Part shown: positions 1 to 11,402 of the stretch, piece after piece | Layout of the letters: each line of letters begins with the position of its first letter | How positions within the stretch are numbered: position 1 is the first letter of the stretch | Assembly (NCBI GenBank): GCA_051294375.1 | Contig: CM119263.1 | Coordinates: 27,268,406-27,288,320 of the forward strand | DNA: 19,915 nt | Source of the DNA: Paraspadella gotoi | Taxonomy: Eukaryota; Animalia; Chaetognatha | Direction of reading: 5' to 3' | Position numbers and translations under genes: made by a program | Notes under the pieces: generated by a model | What the model was told of the DNA's origin: nothing | What the model saw: only the letters and a program-made list of their open reading frames with translations | Database searches by the model: none

Positions 1-108
1 CTATCAACGTTTTCTTAATAAATTTCCATCTATGACTCATTCGATAAATAAAGCGAAATATCGCAACAACTCGTCACTATTAAAATCGACTTCATCTTTT
101 TATCCATG

Positions 109-467
109 NNNNNNNNNNNNNNNNNNNNNNNNNNNNNNNNNNNNNNNNNNNNNNNNNNNNNNNNNNNNNNNNNNNNNNNNNNNNNNNNNNNNNNNNNNNN
201 NNNNNNNNNNNNNNNNNNNNNNNNNNNNNNNNNNNNNNNNNNNNNNNNNNNNNNNNNNNNNNNNNNNNNNNNNNNNNNNNNNNNNNNNNNNNNNNNNNNN
301 NNNNNNNNNNNNNNNNNNNNNNNNNNNNNNNNNNNNNNNNNNNNNNNNNNNNNNNNNNNNNNNNNNNNNNNNNNNNNNNNNNNNNNNNNNNNNNNNNNNN
401 NNNNNNNNNNNNNNNNNNNNNNNNNNNNNNNNNNNNNNNNNNNNNNNNNNNNNNNNNNNNNNNNNNN
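109..467. other. Scaffold gap (359 N)
   Basis: Run of N. The X-filled ORFs at 30-555 are artefacts of it. Confidence 0.99.
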
Positions 468-605
468 CATAGTTTTTTTGACGTAAACGTCGCATCTCGA
501 AATTCGGTTCCTTTTTTGGAAATTCGTTTTTTGACAATCGAGTCTCTGAAGACACGGATCCTCTTTTTGATGAAAAATATTATGATTAGTTAGAAACGCC
601 TTGAC

Positions 606-633
606 GTTGTTGTCGTTGTCGTTGTCGTTGTCG
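606..633 (+). repeat. (GTTGTC)n microsatellite
   Basis: Four GTTGTC units at 609-632. Confidence 0.9.
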
Positions 634-954
634 CCCTGATCCGTTTTGATGTTTAGGATTTCTTTGAATTAAAAAAAAAATTTCAATCATGTTGATTTTT
701 TATTGAAGCAAGGCTGCAAGAGATAACAAATTTTAAATAAATTTACAATAAAAAACAACTATTTAAATAACTACTTAAAACTAAAACTAATGCCTTGTAC
801 AAACTAGATAAAAATGGAAATATTAATCGATGAAAATGTTTTTCATCGCTTTCTCATCGTCGCTTTCATCGTCGTCGTCGTCTGCAACGCCAGCACCTTC
901 TTCGGAATTGATGTTCGCTCAGATCTTTCTCGACAAGACCTTCCTTTTCTTCTT

Positions 955-978
955 CCTCCTCCTCCTCCTCCTCCTCCT
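955..978 (+). repeat. (CCT)8 microsatellite
   Basis: Seen directly. It produces the poly-P/poly-L in ORFs 814..1014 and 830..1057. Confidence 0.95.
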
Positions 979-984
979 CTTCAC

Positions 985-3900
985 ATTACGCTCATTACGC
1001 ATGCGTCAACATAACGTCATAATAACGTCTAACGGAAGCGACATTCGCAGGCGATGATGCCATCACGTGACCCAGAGATATCTAAGGAAGCAGTGATCAG
1101 CAGGTACGACCCACCGCATACTGTAAACTGGGCTCTGCTGAGTTGTTCATCGGCCCCACTCCTACATATATGGAGACAGGTATAGTTCTGGGAGTTATGC
1201 ATTGTGTACGTCTATCTGATTGATGACACCAGTCGCAGCGTTAAGAGAGAGCGAGGGCACATCTAACCTATAAATAACTGATATATAGTACCATGATTGC
1301 ACATCTCTCACCACAGAGAGCCAGGTCTCTCCAACAGCGAAGATCAGTATCGCTCCACGTTAAGGATGACGCACCGACAGTCGAGGACTATGCCGGTGGC
1401 CTTGCGGAGCATCGACTGATATTCGAGCCAGCGGGTGATCTTCCACTCTGAGTGAGGAGGCTGGAGGAGTTACGACACCCATCAGCGAGGAGAGGAGCAC
1501 CCAAGAGGATTCACGTATGATGTGTACGTCTTCTGTGAGGTCGAGGCGACGATTCAATGTCGCGGGGAGATGAGAGAACAATCTAATCAGCAAGACCCAT
1601 GAGTGGTGTTTTCATGATTATATAGAGAGGAATCCAGAAGTCGATTGAGACGGACGTCATACCCTCGTTACTCGAGTAGCGCCGCTTCGACATGCACGTT
1701 GCCGGGCGGGCGTCGCACGACAGTCGTACGTCGTGCACGCCGACACACGAGGATGTTTCTCGCGCTCGGTTTGATGCATCAGTTCGTGAAAGTTCAAATG
1801 TCACAGTTGAAGGAATTGACATCGGGCGTTCACTACATGTCATGCTCGGTTAAGTCCAATCAGCTACACGAACCGCTCTTGAAAAGAAGGAGTTAAGAAT
1901 TGGAATTTAGACGAATACTGAGGGAGAGTATGCTAGAATACAGATATATGAACAGACCCGAATACATATGTAATCCATGGTAGAGACGTTATTTTGATTA
2001 GGCATCACACGATTAACACCAAAATAATATAGAGTGAGTGCCAGGGAATCGGCGATAAATCGACCCGTGATCAAATCAAACAGGAGGAGGTAGAGAGTAG
2101 ATGTAGACGAGCAGAAGAGAGAGTAGATGTACGAGAGAAGAGAGAGAGAAGTAGAGGAGAGATTAGACGGCTGACGACACGAAGAAGAGAGTACGAGAAA
2201 GCAGACGAGGATGGAGCACAGAGATGGTGTCGTACGGAAGATGCGAAAGACCAATGTAGAGAGCACTAAGCACGCACGACGCGCGCATGACGGGAGAAAT
2301 AACAACCAAAAACAAAAATCACCACGCGCTCAGTCGGATGCCACCCGCCTTCTCCTCTACACTTAATTCCCAGTCTCAAATCTATTGAGATACTCACAAT
2401 GAGTTTACACGAGCACCAGCCGCTCCGACGAGAGGATATAATCCGCGTCAGTCTATAACTCGTTTCTGAGATATTTACACTTCCGTATCCGCTCTGTCCA
2501 TTGTTGAATTAATCATGGTGGCCAAAAACACTATCATATCAGAGAGATTAGGCCCGCTGCAATCCAGTTAGTAATTCATATATTCTTGTTCACACAATCT
2601 CTACGGTAACTTAACAACGAACTATGTAGGTACTGGGAGCAACAGTTTAGCATATTGCTGTGCGCTATTTAGTTATATGCTAACTATATCTACTCAGAGT
2701 ACATACCGTCATTAGACCCGTACATGGAACTATAATACTCCGAGAATGAAGCACTCATATAAGTCACACGCTCTACAGACTGCGTTTCACGCGACAAATT
2801 CAGTGAGATAAATCTTTTATCCTCTCCTTTCAAATTAATGGTTCTAGATTTTCCGCCGACAAGACTTGAAAAATAAATATAAATATTCGCGGGTGCTTGA
2901 CTGGACCAAGTTCCTGTACGTTCTTAGAGTAGCGCACGAGTGTTTTAGAGATATAATACACATGTTTGAGCTCTTTACACACTCGAGCGCAGTAAGATGT
3001 TAAAACAATTAATTGTGCTAGCAGACACACTAGTTGCAGAAGAAATGTCACTTGAGAGTTATAGATGTGTGATCTGAGTAGACTCACCATATCGCTGACT
3101 GTTATACGACACACGCACACAGTATATCGCCTCACTACTACTGAGGGAGAGGCTGAGAGATTCTATTCTATGAGCATCGTGACGCGCGTTCCGCGGCACC
3201 TTCATCGGCCGAGAATCGCGGCTCTGGGTTTTATGCGGAGGACATCTCGTCCTGTGTGTTCTGTGAGCAAATCAAGAGTGGGAGAGAAGGAGGAACGCGA
3301 AGGTCATGCTGAGAGGAGCACCGTTCCGAGATACCTCTTCTGTGTTCTGGAGCAGGAAAAAACACAATTATTAACTGTTATTGCTCCGGAGTTAGAAAGC
3401 ACAGAGCCTTTCTGATCGTCGAGTCGGATGTAGATTGCGTGCTGTCGTTGTCGTTGTCGGGCCGCCTAGGATAAATTTCCGTGTTTAGCTCTGTGAGGAT
3501 TTCCAGCTCTTTGGAGTTACAAAAGAAGAAAAGGTATTCTCAAATACGGATGTGTGTAAGATTATTTATAGGTGTAATGGTGGTACACGCGAACGGCTCA
3601 AAGAGATAGTCACTCAAAATATTTAAATTGCACAGAGTGTTACACAATAAAAACACGAGATCTATTCCTGAGAGATAACTACTTTCTAAGAAAGCTCTGT
3701 GAGAATTAACTAGAATCAAATGAATTAGCCCAGATGAAACGTGAAGAATTAAAAATTCCATCAGGAGAAATTTTCTTTCAATAACAATTCACACGATAAA
3801 CAGCCGAAAGTAGTTCAAGATGTTTTTACCCAAAAAAAAAAATATTTCGAGAGCGGAGAGAATGATGAAGCAGAGAGGAGAGGATTCCAATATAAAAGGT

Positions 3901-4190
3901 GGACCAAGGTGAGATAGATATATATGGCGCTAGCGGAGAGAAGAGGGGATCTGCACGTCGTCTGCTGATCACGATCCGCAGCTCACAGCTCGATTAGAGA
4001 CCGCAGATACCATCGAAGAGACACGCGGAGAGTCAGCAGAGACAAGACGCAGACATCTGCGCCATATGCAGAGTCTTAACAGGAGTACAGTACGCGATTT
4101 CTGTGCGCAGTTCCCTATCCTATACTCCTGCAGCATCCACACGTCACGCGCACATCGACAGTGGAGCGGCCAGTGCGCTCTCGTGCTTGC
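985..4190. other. Probable false insertion: low-quality long-read gap fill that re-reads 468-1075
   Basis: Collinear anchors link 468-985 with 3160-4200: tgtcgttgtcgttgtcg (3443), ataactactt, gtcgtctgc, gacaagac, cctcctcctctt. The copy is about twice as long because of scattered insertions. 961-1075 also matches 4191-4325 with indels. The block is poor in homopolymers compared with its flanks. Confidence 0.75.
3126..3161 (+). other. Degraded PacBio SMRTbell-adapter-like string
   Basis: atcgcctc-actactact-gagggagagg-ctgagagat resembles ATCTCTCTC-AACAACAACAAC-GGAGGAGGAGG-AAAAGAGAGAGAT. It lies immediately before the noisy second copy begins. Confidence 0.4.
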
Positions 4191-4415
4191 CCTCCTCCTC
4201 TTCCACATTACGCCTCATCCTTAAAAAAGACCGGCATGCGTGCAAACAATAACGTCGAATAATAACGGTTAACAGGAACCGCGGAACATCGCCTGGCGAT
4301 GAATGCCGATCCACGTGAACCCAGGCGAACGGCGCCGTCACGTGACCAAAAGCGACACCGGCCGCCGTAAGAACTTGCGAGCATTCGATTCTTTTTATGG
4401 TCGCCAATCATAATA

Positions 4416-4440
4416 NNNNNNNNNNNNNNNNNNNNNNNNN
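4416..4440. other. 25-N placeholder gap
   Basis: Exactly 25 N. Identical 25-N gaps occur at 6277-6301 and 6683-6707. Confidence 0.97.
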
Positions 4441-4925
4441 AAAGGAAGTTTCCCTTCAGGCATTGTTTCCTTTTTTTTCCCCCGTTTCTCTTCCTTTTAC
4501 GCAATCGATTCGTCCGTCCATCTCTGTCCCGCGCCTATCCATGGTGCTGTTCATGAAAACTAATTAAGGGTTAATAGCGAATCCGGCGAATTCCGGCGCC
4601 GAGAGGCATCTTCGCCGGAAAAAAATGTTAATGACCGTCGACTCTTTAGTTTTCCCTCTCTCTCGATTTTGTTTCAAGCGGCGATTTTTTTTTTGAGAAC
4701 TCTTCTGTCAATTTGAAAATCTTTTTTCAAAATCTTTGGAAGTTATTCTGCTTCTTGATCGGACTGTAGCTTTCAAGTAAAGTCACCTTAAGCGATACAA
4801 CTGCAGCCTTTAACTTACCTTTTTTCGAAAAAAAACAAACAAAAAACAAAAAAACAAAAACGAAACGACTTCCTACATCGTTCTCGTCATCGCCGGATAG
4901 AAATCCCGTCTCTAAGAGTAATGAA

Positions 4926-5110
4926 GCCGGCGGGGCCGGTCCCGGCGCCGATCTTAGCGCCGGGGGCGCCGCGGGCGCGGCGCGCGTGAGGGCGACGAGA
5001 CCGGAAATTTGATTACCGACCACTTTGCGTCGGAGCGCGTGCGCCGGCCGGGAAGAATAGAGGTGTGGGGGGCAGGTGGGAGGAGGTGCCCGGAAGAGGG
5101 TGCGGCCCCG
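4926..5110. promoter_or_regulatory. GC/CpG-rich island with GC-box and ETS-like motifs
   Basis: Dense CpG/GC (ggcggggcc, gcgggcgcggcgcgcg) with ccggaaat and ccggaaga. Function is inferred only. Confidence 0.3.
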
Positions 5111-5574
5111 ATAGGGAGGGTAATAGCGCCGTTTGTTTCTTTGCTCTGACGATGGAGAAAAATAGGGTTGGGAGAGAAAGTTTTTAGGTGGGGTAGGTCG
5201 GTGAGGATTTTCATCGGCCGGGCGACGGGCAGCGTCGGGCAGCGTCAGCGTCGGGCATAGTGGGTCGGTATGTCGGTCGATCGTGACGCGGAATTAATTA
5301 CAAATCGACAGCGAAAGAAGTTCGTGGCGAGTTAAGGGATAAAATGAGTCATGGTTGAGAAAAAGAAAAAGTATAAGATAGAAAGTGAGAAAGAAGGAAA
5401 GTAAAAAAACAACCAAAGAGACAAAGGGTGATATATTGAGATAGAAAGAAAGAAGCAAAACTGGAGATGAGAAGATAGAAAGACAGTAGCAAAGCGTGAT
5501 ATGGTAAGACAGAAAGAAAGAAGGAAAGTGAGAGAAAAAGAAAATAAATGAAGAACCAAAACGTGAATCAACAA

Positions 5575-5656
5575 GCGGCGCCTTTATTCCCTCCACTTCG
5601 CGGCGCCTTTATTCCCTCCACTTCGCGGCGCCTTTATTCCCTCAACTTAGCGGCGC
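5575..5656 (+). repeat. 25-bp tandem repeat, 3.3 copies (GCGGCGCCTTTATTCCCTCCACTTC)
   Basis: Copies at 5575 and 5600 are identical, the copy at 5625 has 2 substitutions, and a partial copy starts at 5650. There are no spacers. Confidence 0.95.
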
Positions 5657-6276
5657 TGTTTGCCTTTTATCAACTCGAGTGCGTTTTTGACGCCGGGAAG
5701 AACTAAAAGTCGGCGTCTTTGTTTTCGTGGAGAGACAAGATGGCGTCATGGTCGATAGAGGCGCTCTCGGTTGACGTATTTTGTTATTAAAGAAGAAAGA
5801 ACATAAATAGGAAAGATATATTCAACTGTTTATAATTTCTAAATATGAATATGAATTTAATTTTTAATTTTGTTTTTGACTATAATAATAATTATCAAAA
5901 TGGTCATAAGTCGAAGTGGAATAGACGTATCTTTACAATTTTTTTGAAAAAAAGCCAAAAAAAAATAAATTTTATCATTAATTATAAAACAATACTTCAT
6001 ACAAAACTAAAGCGCAGGTGCTGTCTTAATCTTCCGCCGCTTAGGTTTTAAAGAACGGCACCCTAATCTTTACGGTGGCTGACCGCGGCAACCTTTCTCC
6101 TTCTTGCATAGCTATCTCTCTCTCCATCTCTCTCCGTCTCTCCTCACTTGCGTCTCATCGCTTTCTGCCTCTTCACCCTTCTCGGTCGATCTCGTCTCTC
6201 TTCTGTCTCGTCTCTCGTCTCGATCTCTGTTCCTTATCCTGTCTGTCGACTCTCTCTCTCTCGTCTCTCGCTTCTA

Positions 6277-6301
6277 NNNNNNNNNNNNNNNNNNNNNNNN
6301 N
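6277..6301. other. 25-N placeholder gap
   Basis: Exactly 25 N, following a degenerate (CT)n tract. Confidence 0.97.
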
Positions 6302-6472
6302 CCCCGGGCGACGATAACGCCCTCTCTCGCGCATTTCGCTGAAATCGCGTTTTTTAAGGCTTCGCGCGATTATTCACCGTCGGAGGGCGGAGGTGTGTCG
6401 GGAGAGGGTAGGGGTGGTAGTTAAAATGGTGTTGGGGGTGGGCGTGAAAGGTGAGTTTAATAAAGGGTATAA

Positions 6473-6499
6473 GTTTAGTTTAGTTTAGTTTAGTTTAGT
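6473..6499 (+). repeat. (GTTTA)5 microsatellite
   Basis: Seen directly. Confidence 0.9.
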
Positions 6500-6682
6500 A
6501 AAGGGTAGAATTGCTTGTGAGACGAGCCTCGGGTGATTGGTAGGGAAGTGAAGGTCAATTAGTTAAGTATGACTAAAGTTAAGGGTGAAAGATACGTCAG
6601 GTTTTAATAGATTGAATGTTGTGTTGTAGTAGAGAGATGTCTGTAACTGAGCAAAGGGGTGTTGAGTGGGCGAGTTAAATTA

Positions 6683-6707
6683 NNNNNNNNNNNNNNNNNN
6701 NNNNNNN
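6683..6707. other. 25-N placeholder gap
   Basis: Exactly 25 N. Confidence 0.97.
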
Positions 6708-7307
6708 TGGAAACCGGATTTTTTTCTCTATTGAATGTTACTAACTTCGTTTTTTTTTTAGTTATTCAATTCTGTCTAAATTAAAAATAAAGTTGCTGAG
6801 TGAATTTGAGAGAAGAAAAAATAAAAAACGAAAGAATAAATTATAAGGAATGTTTTTAAAAGAAATTTCTGTGATTGTGAGAAAAGAACTAGTGGATTGG
6901 TATTTTCTTTATGAATCATTCTCATAATATAAAATATTATTATTTTCATATTTGCATTTTTCTCAATTTATTGTTTTTATACTCTCTTTATTTTGTTTTT
7001 TGTTGAAATCAAGAATCATGAACTTCCAAAGAAAATCGAGATGAAACACGCTGTTTCCCTTAATTGACTCATCAGGAGCAAAGAGGAAAGCTTTTGCTTT
7101 CTTATTGCTTTTTTTGCTTTTTCTCTCTTCGCCATTTTTGAACTTCTATTCGTCTTTCCTTGCACATGCGGTTTTCCGCTTCATATCATCGCCATCAAAC
7201 TTCGCTTCCTCTCATGATTGGATTAGAATGCGAGAGAGAAAGAAGCAGAGAGAAGAGAGAGAGAGAGAAGAAAAAGACGGCGTCCATGTGTATCAGAGTA
7301 GAAAGAG

Positions 7308-7352
7308 TCCGTCCACCCGTCCGTCCGTCCGTCGGTCCGTCCGTCCATCCGT
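7308..7352 (+). repeat. Imperfect (CCGT)n microsatellite
   Basis: ccgtccacccgtccgtccgtccgtcggtccgtccgtccatccgt. Confidence 0.85.
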
Positions 7353-7618
7353 CACTCTGTCCCCTATGAACTTCTTTTTCTACCCCGAAACCTTTCACGA
7401 AACTTTAGTCGTTCATACCTTCAAACCTATTCACGTAACATGCCTCCTCTTTCTTTTCCCGTTACTCGACAAACCTAAACGTCCGTGACCGATTTTTGCC
7501 GGGCGACGACAACAACAACAACAATAACGAAACACGAGACAAAAAAAGACGTCGTCAAAGAGAAATTTAATTTAGTCAATTTTAGGTCGATTTTTTTTGG
7601 TCATCATTCGGTTGCTAG

Positions 7619-7657
7619 GACGACGACGACGACGACGACGATGACGACGACGACGAT
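7619..7657 (+). repeat. (GAC)n microsatellite
   Basis: Seen directly, with GAT interruptions. Confidence 0.92.
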
Positions 7658-7827
7658 GGGGTCGCGCGGTGACGCCCCCCTTTTCTTTCCATATGTCACG
7701 TGACTCTATTCATCGAGGAAAATTCTTTTCATTTAAGGAATTCATTTATTTTTTTTTCTCTCGCAGTTTTTTAGAAAAATGACGGAATGAAGGATGAACC
7801 GCTGGGTCCGGTCACCGAAGGGTTCGG

Positions 7828-8076
7828 CGGTGCGTCGGCGATGAATCGGCAGTGCGTCGGCAGTGAGTCGTCGTTGTATGAGTAGTGTGTCGACAGTGCA
7901 TGAGCTTTGCGTCGACAGTGCATCGGAAGCTCATTGTCTGTACGTTGTGAGTCTTCGGAGCGTCGTCGGAATGTCGATCGTGCATTGTCAGTGCGTCGGT
8001 AGTTCGTTGTCAGTGCGTCGGCAGTGAATTGTCAGTCCGTCGGCTTTAAATGGACAGTTTGTCAGTCAATCAGTGC
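7828..8076 (+). repeat. Degenerate 11-bp minisatellite (consensus CAGTGCGTCGG)
   Basis: In-register units cggtgcgtcgg / cgatgaatcgg / cagtgcgtcgg / cagtgagtcgt / ... / cagtgcatcgg, with cagtgcgtcgg recurring near 7990 and 8011. Confidence 0.8.
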
Positions 8077-8597
8077 TAAACTTCTTTTAAAATATTGTCA
8101 AAGGACAGAACTGAGTCCTTAAATCCACTCAGCGAGAAAGTCGATTTTGAAAAACCAATCAACGCCGAATTTAAAACAAAGATTTTACACAGTACATATA
8201 TACAATATTGCTTACAAATGTACTCAAAATATCCTCTCTAGAGCAAGTGGACATTAAAAGCAATAAAGCTCTTCTTGTAAAAAAAAATAGCGTCTAAAGT
8301 CGATGCTGATGCCCCAATACCGTTCACCGACGACACTTTATCTTTTAAACCGCGCGACGTTAATTTCCCTTTAAATAACGGCGTAATTATTGCCGCGGGG
8401 ACGGTGATACTTTTTTCGGACCGAATTTCGTGATACAAACGAAAAATGTGACCCGATTTTTTTTTCTCGCGGCGCCAGTTTGTCGATCACGCGGGAAGAT
8501 TCGTTGTCACATGTGCGTGACTATGAATCGGCGATATGGCACCGATGAAAGTCAGTGACACAGAACACTGACGGTCGCACCGCTACGGCCAATAACG

Positions 8598-8668
8598 ACG
8601 CCACCATTGCCAACACCACTGCCACCAACCCTACCGCTACCATCGCAACCACCATCACCACCACCGCC
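8598..8668 (+). repeat. Degenerate (ACC/GCC)n trinucleotide tract
   Basis: gccaccattgccaacaccactgccaccaacc...accatcaccaccaccgcc. Confidence 0.75.
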
Positions 8669-9424
8669 AGGGCCCTCCCAAAATAAATCCGTGTGACGCC
8701 GTCTCAACATTTATCTTTCTATTTACGACTTTTTTTAATTTAAAGGAAAGAAAGAAGAAAATAGAAAAAAAAAAAGAGTAAAAAATTTTGAATATCTTTT
8801 TCTTTTTTTTTAATTTTCTGCTTTCGAGGTCTTTCGGGTGACGAGTGACAAATTTATTAACTCGACGTTGGACGTTTATTTGGGTCGAACCCCTCTCTCT
8901 CTAAACCGAATTAAATCCGGGTCTCTCATCCGGGATCTCGTCGTTTCGCGCGTCAAATCTCGCCCGGCGCCGCGCCCACTTTTCTTCTTTTCCGCGCGTC
9001 ATTCCGTGAAGTGTTTCGTCGCCGCTCTTTAATTTCGCTTCGTTTACCCGTCGATACGAGTAGAATTTGTAAAGCGGAGATGTCAGCTTCGGCAAAATAT
9101 GACCCTTTGCTAAGTTAACCTCTTTAAAGATTACATCCATTTTTTAAGGTAGCATCTCTTTTAGATTCTATTTTTTGTGTTATCGAAATTTATTGTAAAC
9201 ATATGTTATATATATAATATATATATTATGAACATTTTTAATGTTGACCTTTAGTTGATTTTTTTTTCCGTTTATAGTGACCTACTTTCTGAAATTATCC
9301 GTTTTAAATATATTTTATTTACATGAATCAGATATTTCATATCTTATCAACCTAAAAATCTTTAAAACGTTAATTTTTATAACTTTCTTATATTTTTCAT
9401 AACATATATGTGATACCCTATCAA

Positions 9425-9782
9425 TTGTCCGCCGTATCATCACGAAGTAGAACAAAAGTAAAATTATCATCCCAATAGATTCACCTTCTTGATTATCTCC
9501 TATTTAGTCCTCCCTCGTCAGGTATGCACTCTCATTTGGGTTCACACCCTCAGAATTTTGTTGCCCTTCGGCAGGACCGAACCTAATTCAGCGCACACTT
9601 TATAAGAAAGGTTGCATTTAAAATGCAGCGGGTAAAACTAAAAAACACACTGCACAGTGCACACGAAAAGGCCTGGTAGTTGTGAACGAAACAATGCCGC
9701 TCGTTTAGAAAATAACTATAACAGATACCTTAAACTATATTATAGACGAGAAACGTTCAATAAAATATGTAAAGTTCCACGG
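9425..9782 (-). mobile_element. Possible disrupted hAT transposase (DUF4371-like) fragment
   Basis: Collinear minus-strand motifs across frameshifts: RG/NF (~9775), NATFL (9618-9604), EIIKKVN (9499-9479), FVLLRDDTAD (ending 9427). These resemble hAT GNF...NATY.S..QN...IVKKVN...FSVLADETAD. Spacing is longer than expected and the match is by eye only. Confidence 0.3.
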
Positions 9783-9906
9783 CGCTAAGAAGAAGACCTG
9801 AGCGCTCGACCGAAGACGGGCGCCCTCTCTCCCTGGGTGACGACCCCGCCGATCGCTACCCGCAAAAAATTTCCTTCGATTAGCGCTTAATTGCTTACTC
9901 TAGTTT

Positions 9907-9932
9907 TCTCTCTCTCCTTTTGAAGTTTTCCA

Positions 9933-9980
<48 letters not shown>

Positions 9981-9984
9981 CTCT

Positions 9985-10019
<35 letters not shown>
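9907..10019 (+). repeat. Interrupted (CT)n microsatellite
   Basis: Seen directly. Confidence 0.93.
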
Positions 10020-10551
10020 ACTTCTATTAAAAAAAAAGGTTGGATAATTATTTGCGTTTATGTTCTTCGATCGTAACCGGTTAAATCCATCGTTATCTAT
10101 CTTTAATTGACATTGATTTCCATTTTTTTCTCTTTTAATAACGATTTTTTTTTTCTGGCTCGTGGTCGCTAATTTATCTTCTTTTTTTTAAAGTATCATC
10201 ATTTTTAGTTATCTGTTGTTAAATTGTTATAATTACGAGAGGTCAGACAGGAAATATAGGCGAGGTTAATTACGTCTTTTATGATTAAAAAAAAAAAAAT
10301 TTTTGAAGATTTGATCAAACTTTTTTTTTTGCCGAAAGCAAAATTTTAATTTTTATTTTTATTTCAGACTTAAAACTCGAAAGTGTTTTTTTACTCTAGA
10401 AGAGGATTTAACTTCGTTTTTGACCCAAGGGGATTTCGTTATTTCTGGTTCCCACTGTACGGGTTTTTATTTGTTACCTTGGAAGATGCGGACAAAGTGT
10501 ATTCGCTTCTCAGAAGATTCTTTGCTGACGCTTCATAAATATTCCGGGCCA

Positions 10552-10554
<3 letters not shown>

Positions 10555-10646
<92 letters not shown>
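10555..10646 (+). repeat. Perfect (TC)n microsatellite, ~90 bp
   Basis: Seen directly. It is the source of the SLSL/ERER ORFs. Confidence 0.97.
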
Positions 10647-10649
<3 letters not shown>

Positions 10650-11337
10650 CCTTTTGTCCTGCTTTATTTTCTTGCTTTTCTCCAGCGAATTCATCCTGAA
10701 GAAAACTCGAAATAGGAAAAAAAAAAAGAAACTTTCTTCGATTGCAAATTTTAAAACAAAAACAAACAAAATTTCGGTTCTAATTAGTTCATAGATCAAA
10801 TCGATTAACTTTCTTTTTCGCTGTTGAGTAGCTCATATTCTTTTCGTTTCCATAGCAACGCGAGGCGAAAGAATAAATAACGTCAAAAAAAGGAAAAATT
10901 TCAAGATAGCCGGGTTTTTAAAATTTTCGGGAAAATCCTAAAAATATTGAAAGCCAGGACTTTTCTCTCCTTTCCTCAGCTCCCTCGCACTTCTCTCTTT
11001 CTCTCCCTCTTCGTCCCCCCTCCCTCTTCCTCTTCCTCCCTCCCTCCCTCGATTTGCATGGATATGAAAATGCCAATCACGCCCTTCAACGCTCGTAGGG
11101 AGGGAAGGTGGGGGATCCAAGCAATCACCGGTTAAGTGGGAGGAAAGGGTGAGCGATCGCTCTCTGTCTTTCTCTCTCTCGCTCTCAAAAAAAGAGAGGG
11201 AAAATAAAGAGGCTTTTGTTGGTGTTAAAGAGAGAAAGAAAGAAGAGAGAGAGAGAGAGAGAGAGAGACGGCGGAAGCCAGAGTTGAAATCCTGTCCTTG
11301 TTTCGGATGGGTAAATGTTTAGTCGGGAGGTGAAGAA

Positions 11338-11402
11338 ATAATGATAATGATGAAGATGATGATGATGATGATGATGGTCTAGGTGAAGATGACTATGATG
11401 AT
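11338..11402 (+). repeat. Imperfect (GAT)n microsatellite
   Basis: Seen directly. It yields the poly-H in ORF 11185..11454. Confidence 0.88.

Noticed and set aside
30-555. Long ORFs at the window start
   Set aside because: They are translations through N.
1360-4407. ORFs of 70-130 aa in the unique-looking block
   Set aside because: No recognisable motifs, and they lie in the probable noisy-read artefact.
5575-5656. CRISPR-like 25-bp repeats
   Set aside because: The copies are head-to-tail with no spacers, the context is eukaryotic and there are no cas genes.
6473-6499. Telomere-like TTAG repeat
   Set aside because: The unit is TTTAG, not TTAGG/TTAGGG, and there are only five copies.
10660-10794. 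Acceptor-like ttttctccag followed by a K-rich reading
   Set aside because: No donor follows and the downstream sequence is A-run low complexity.
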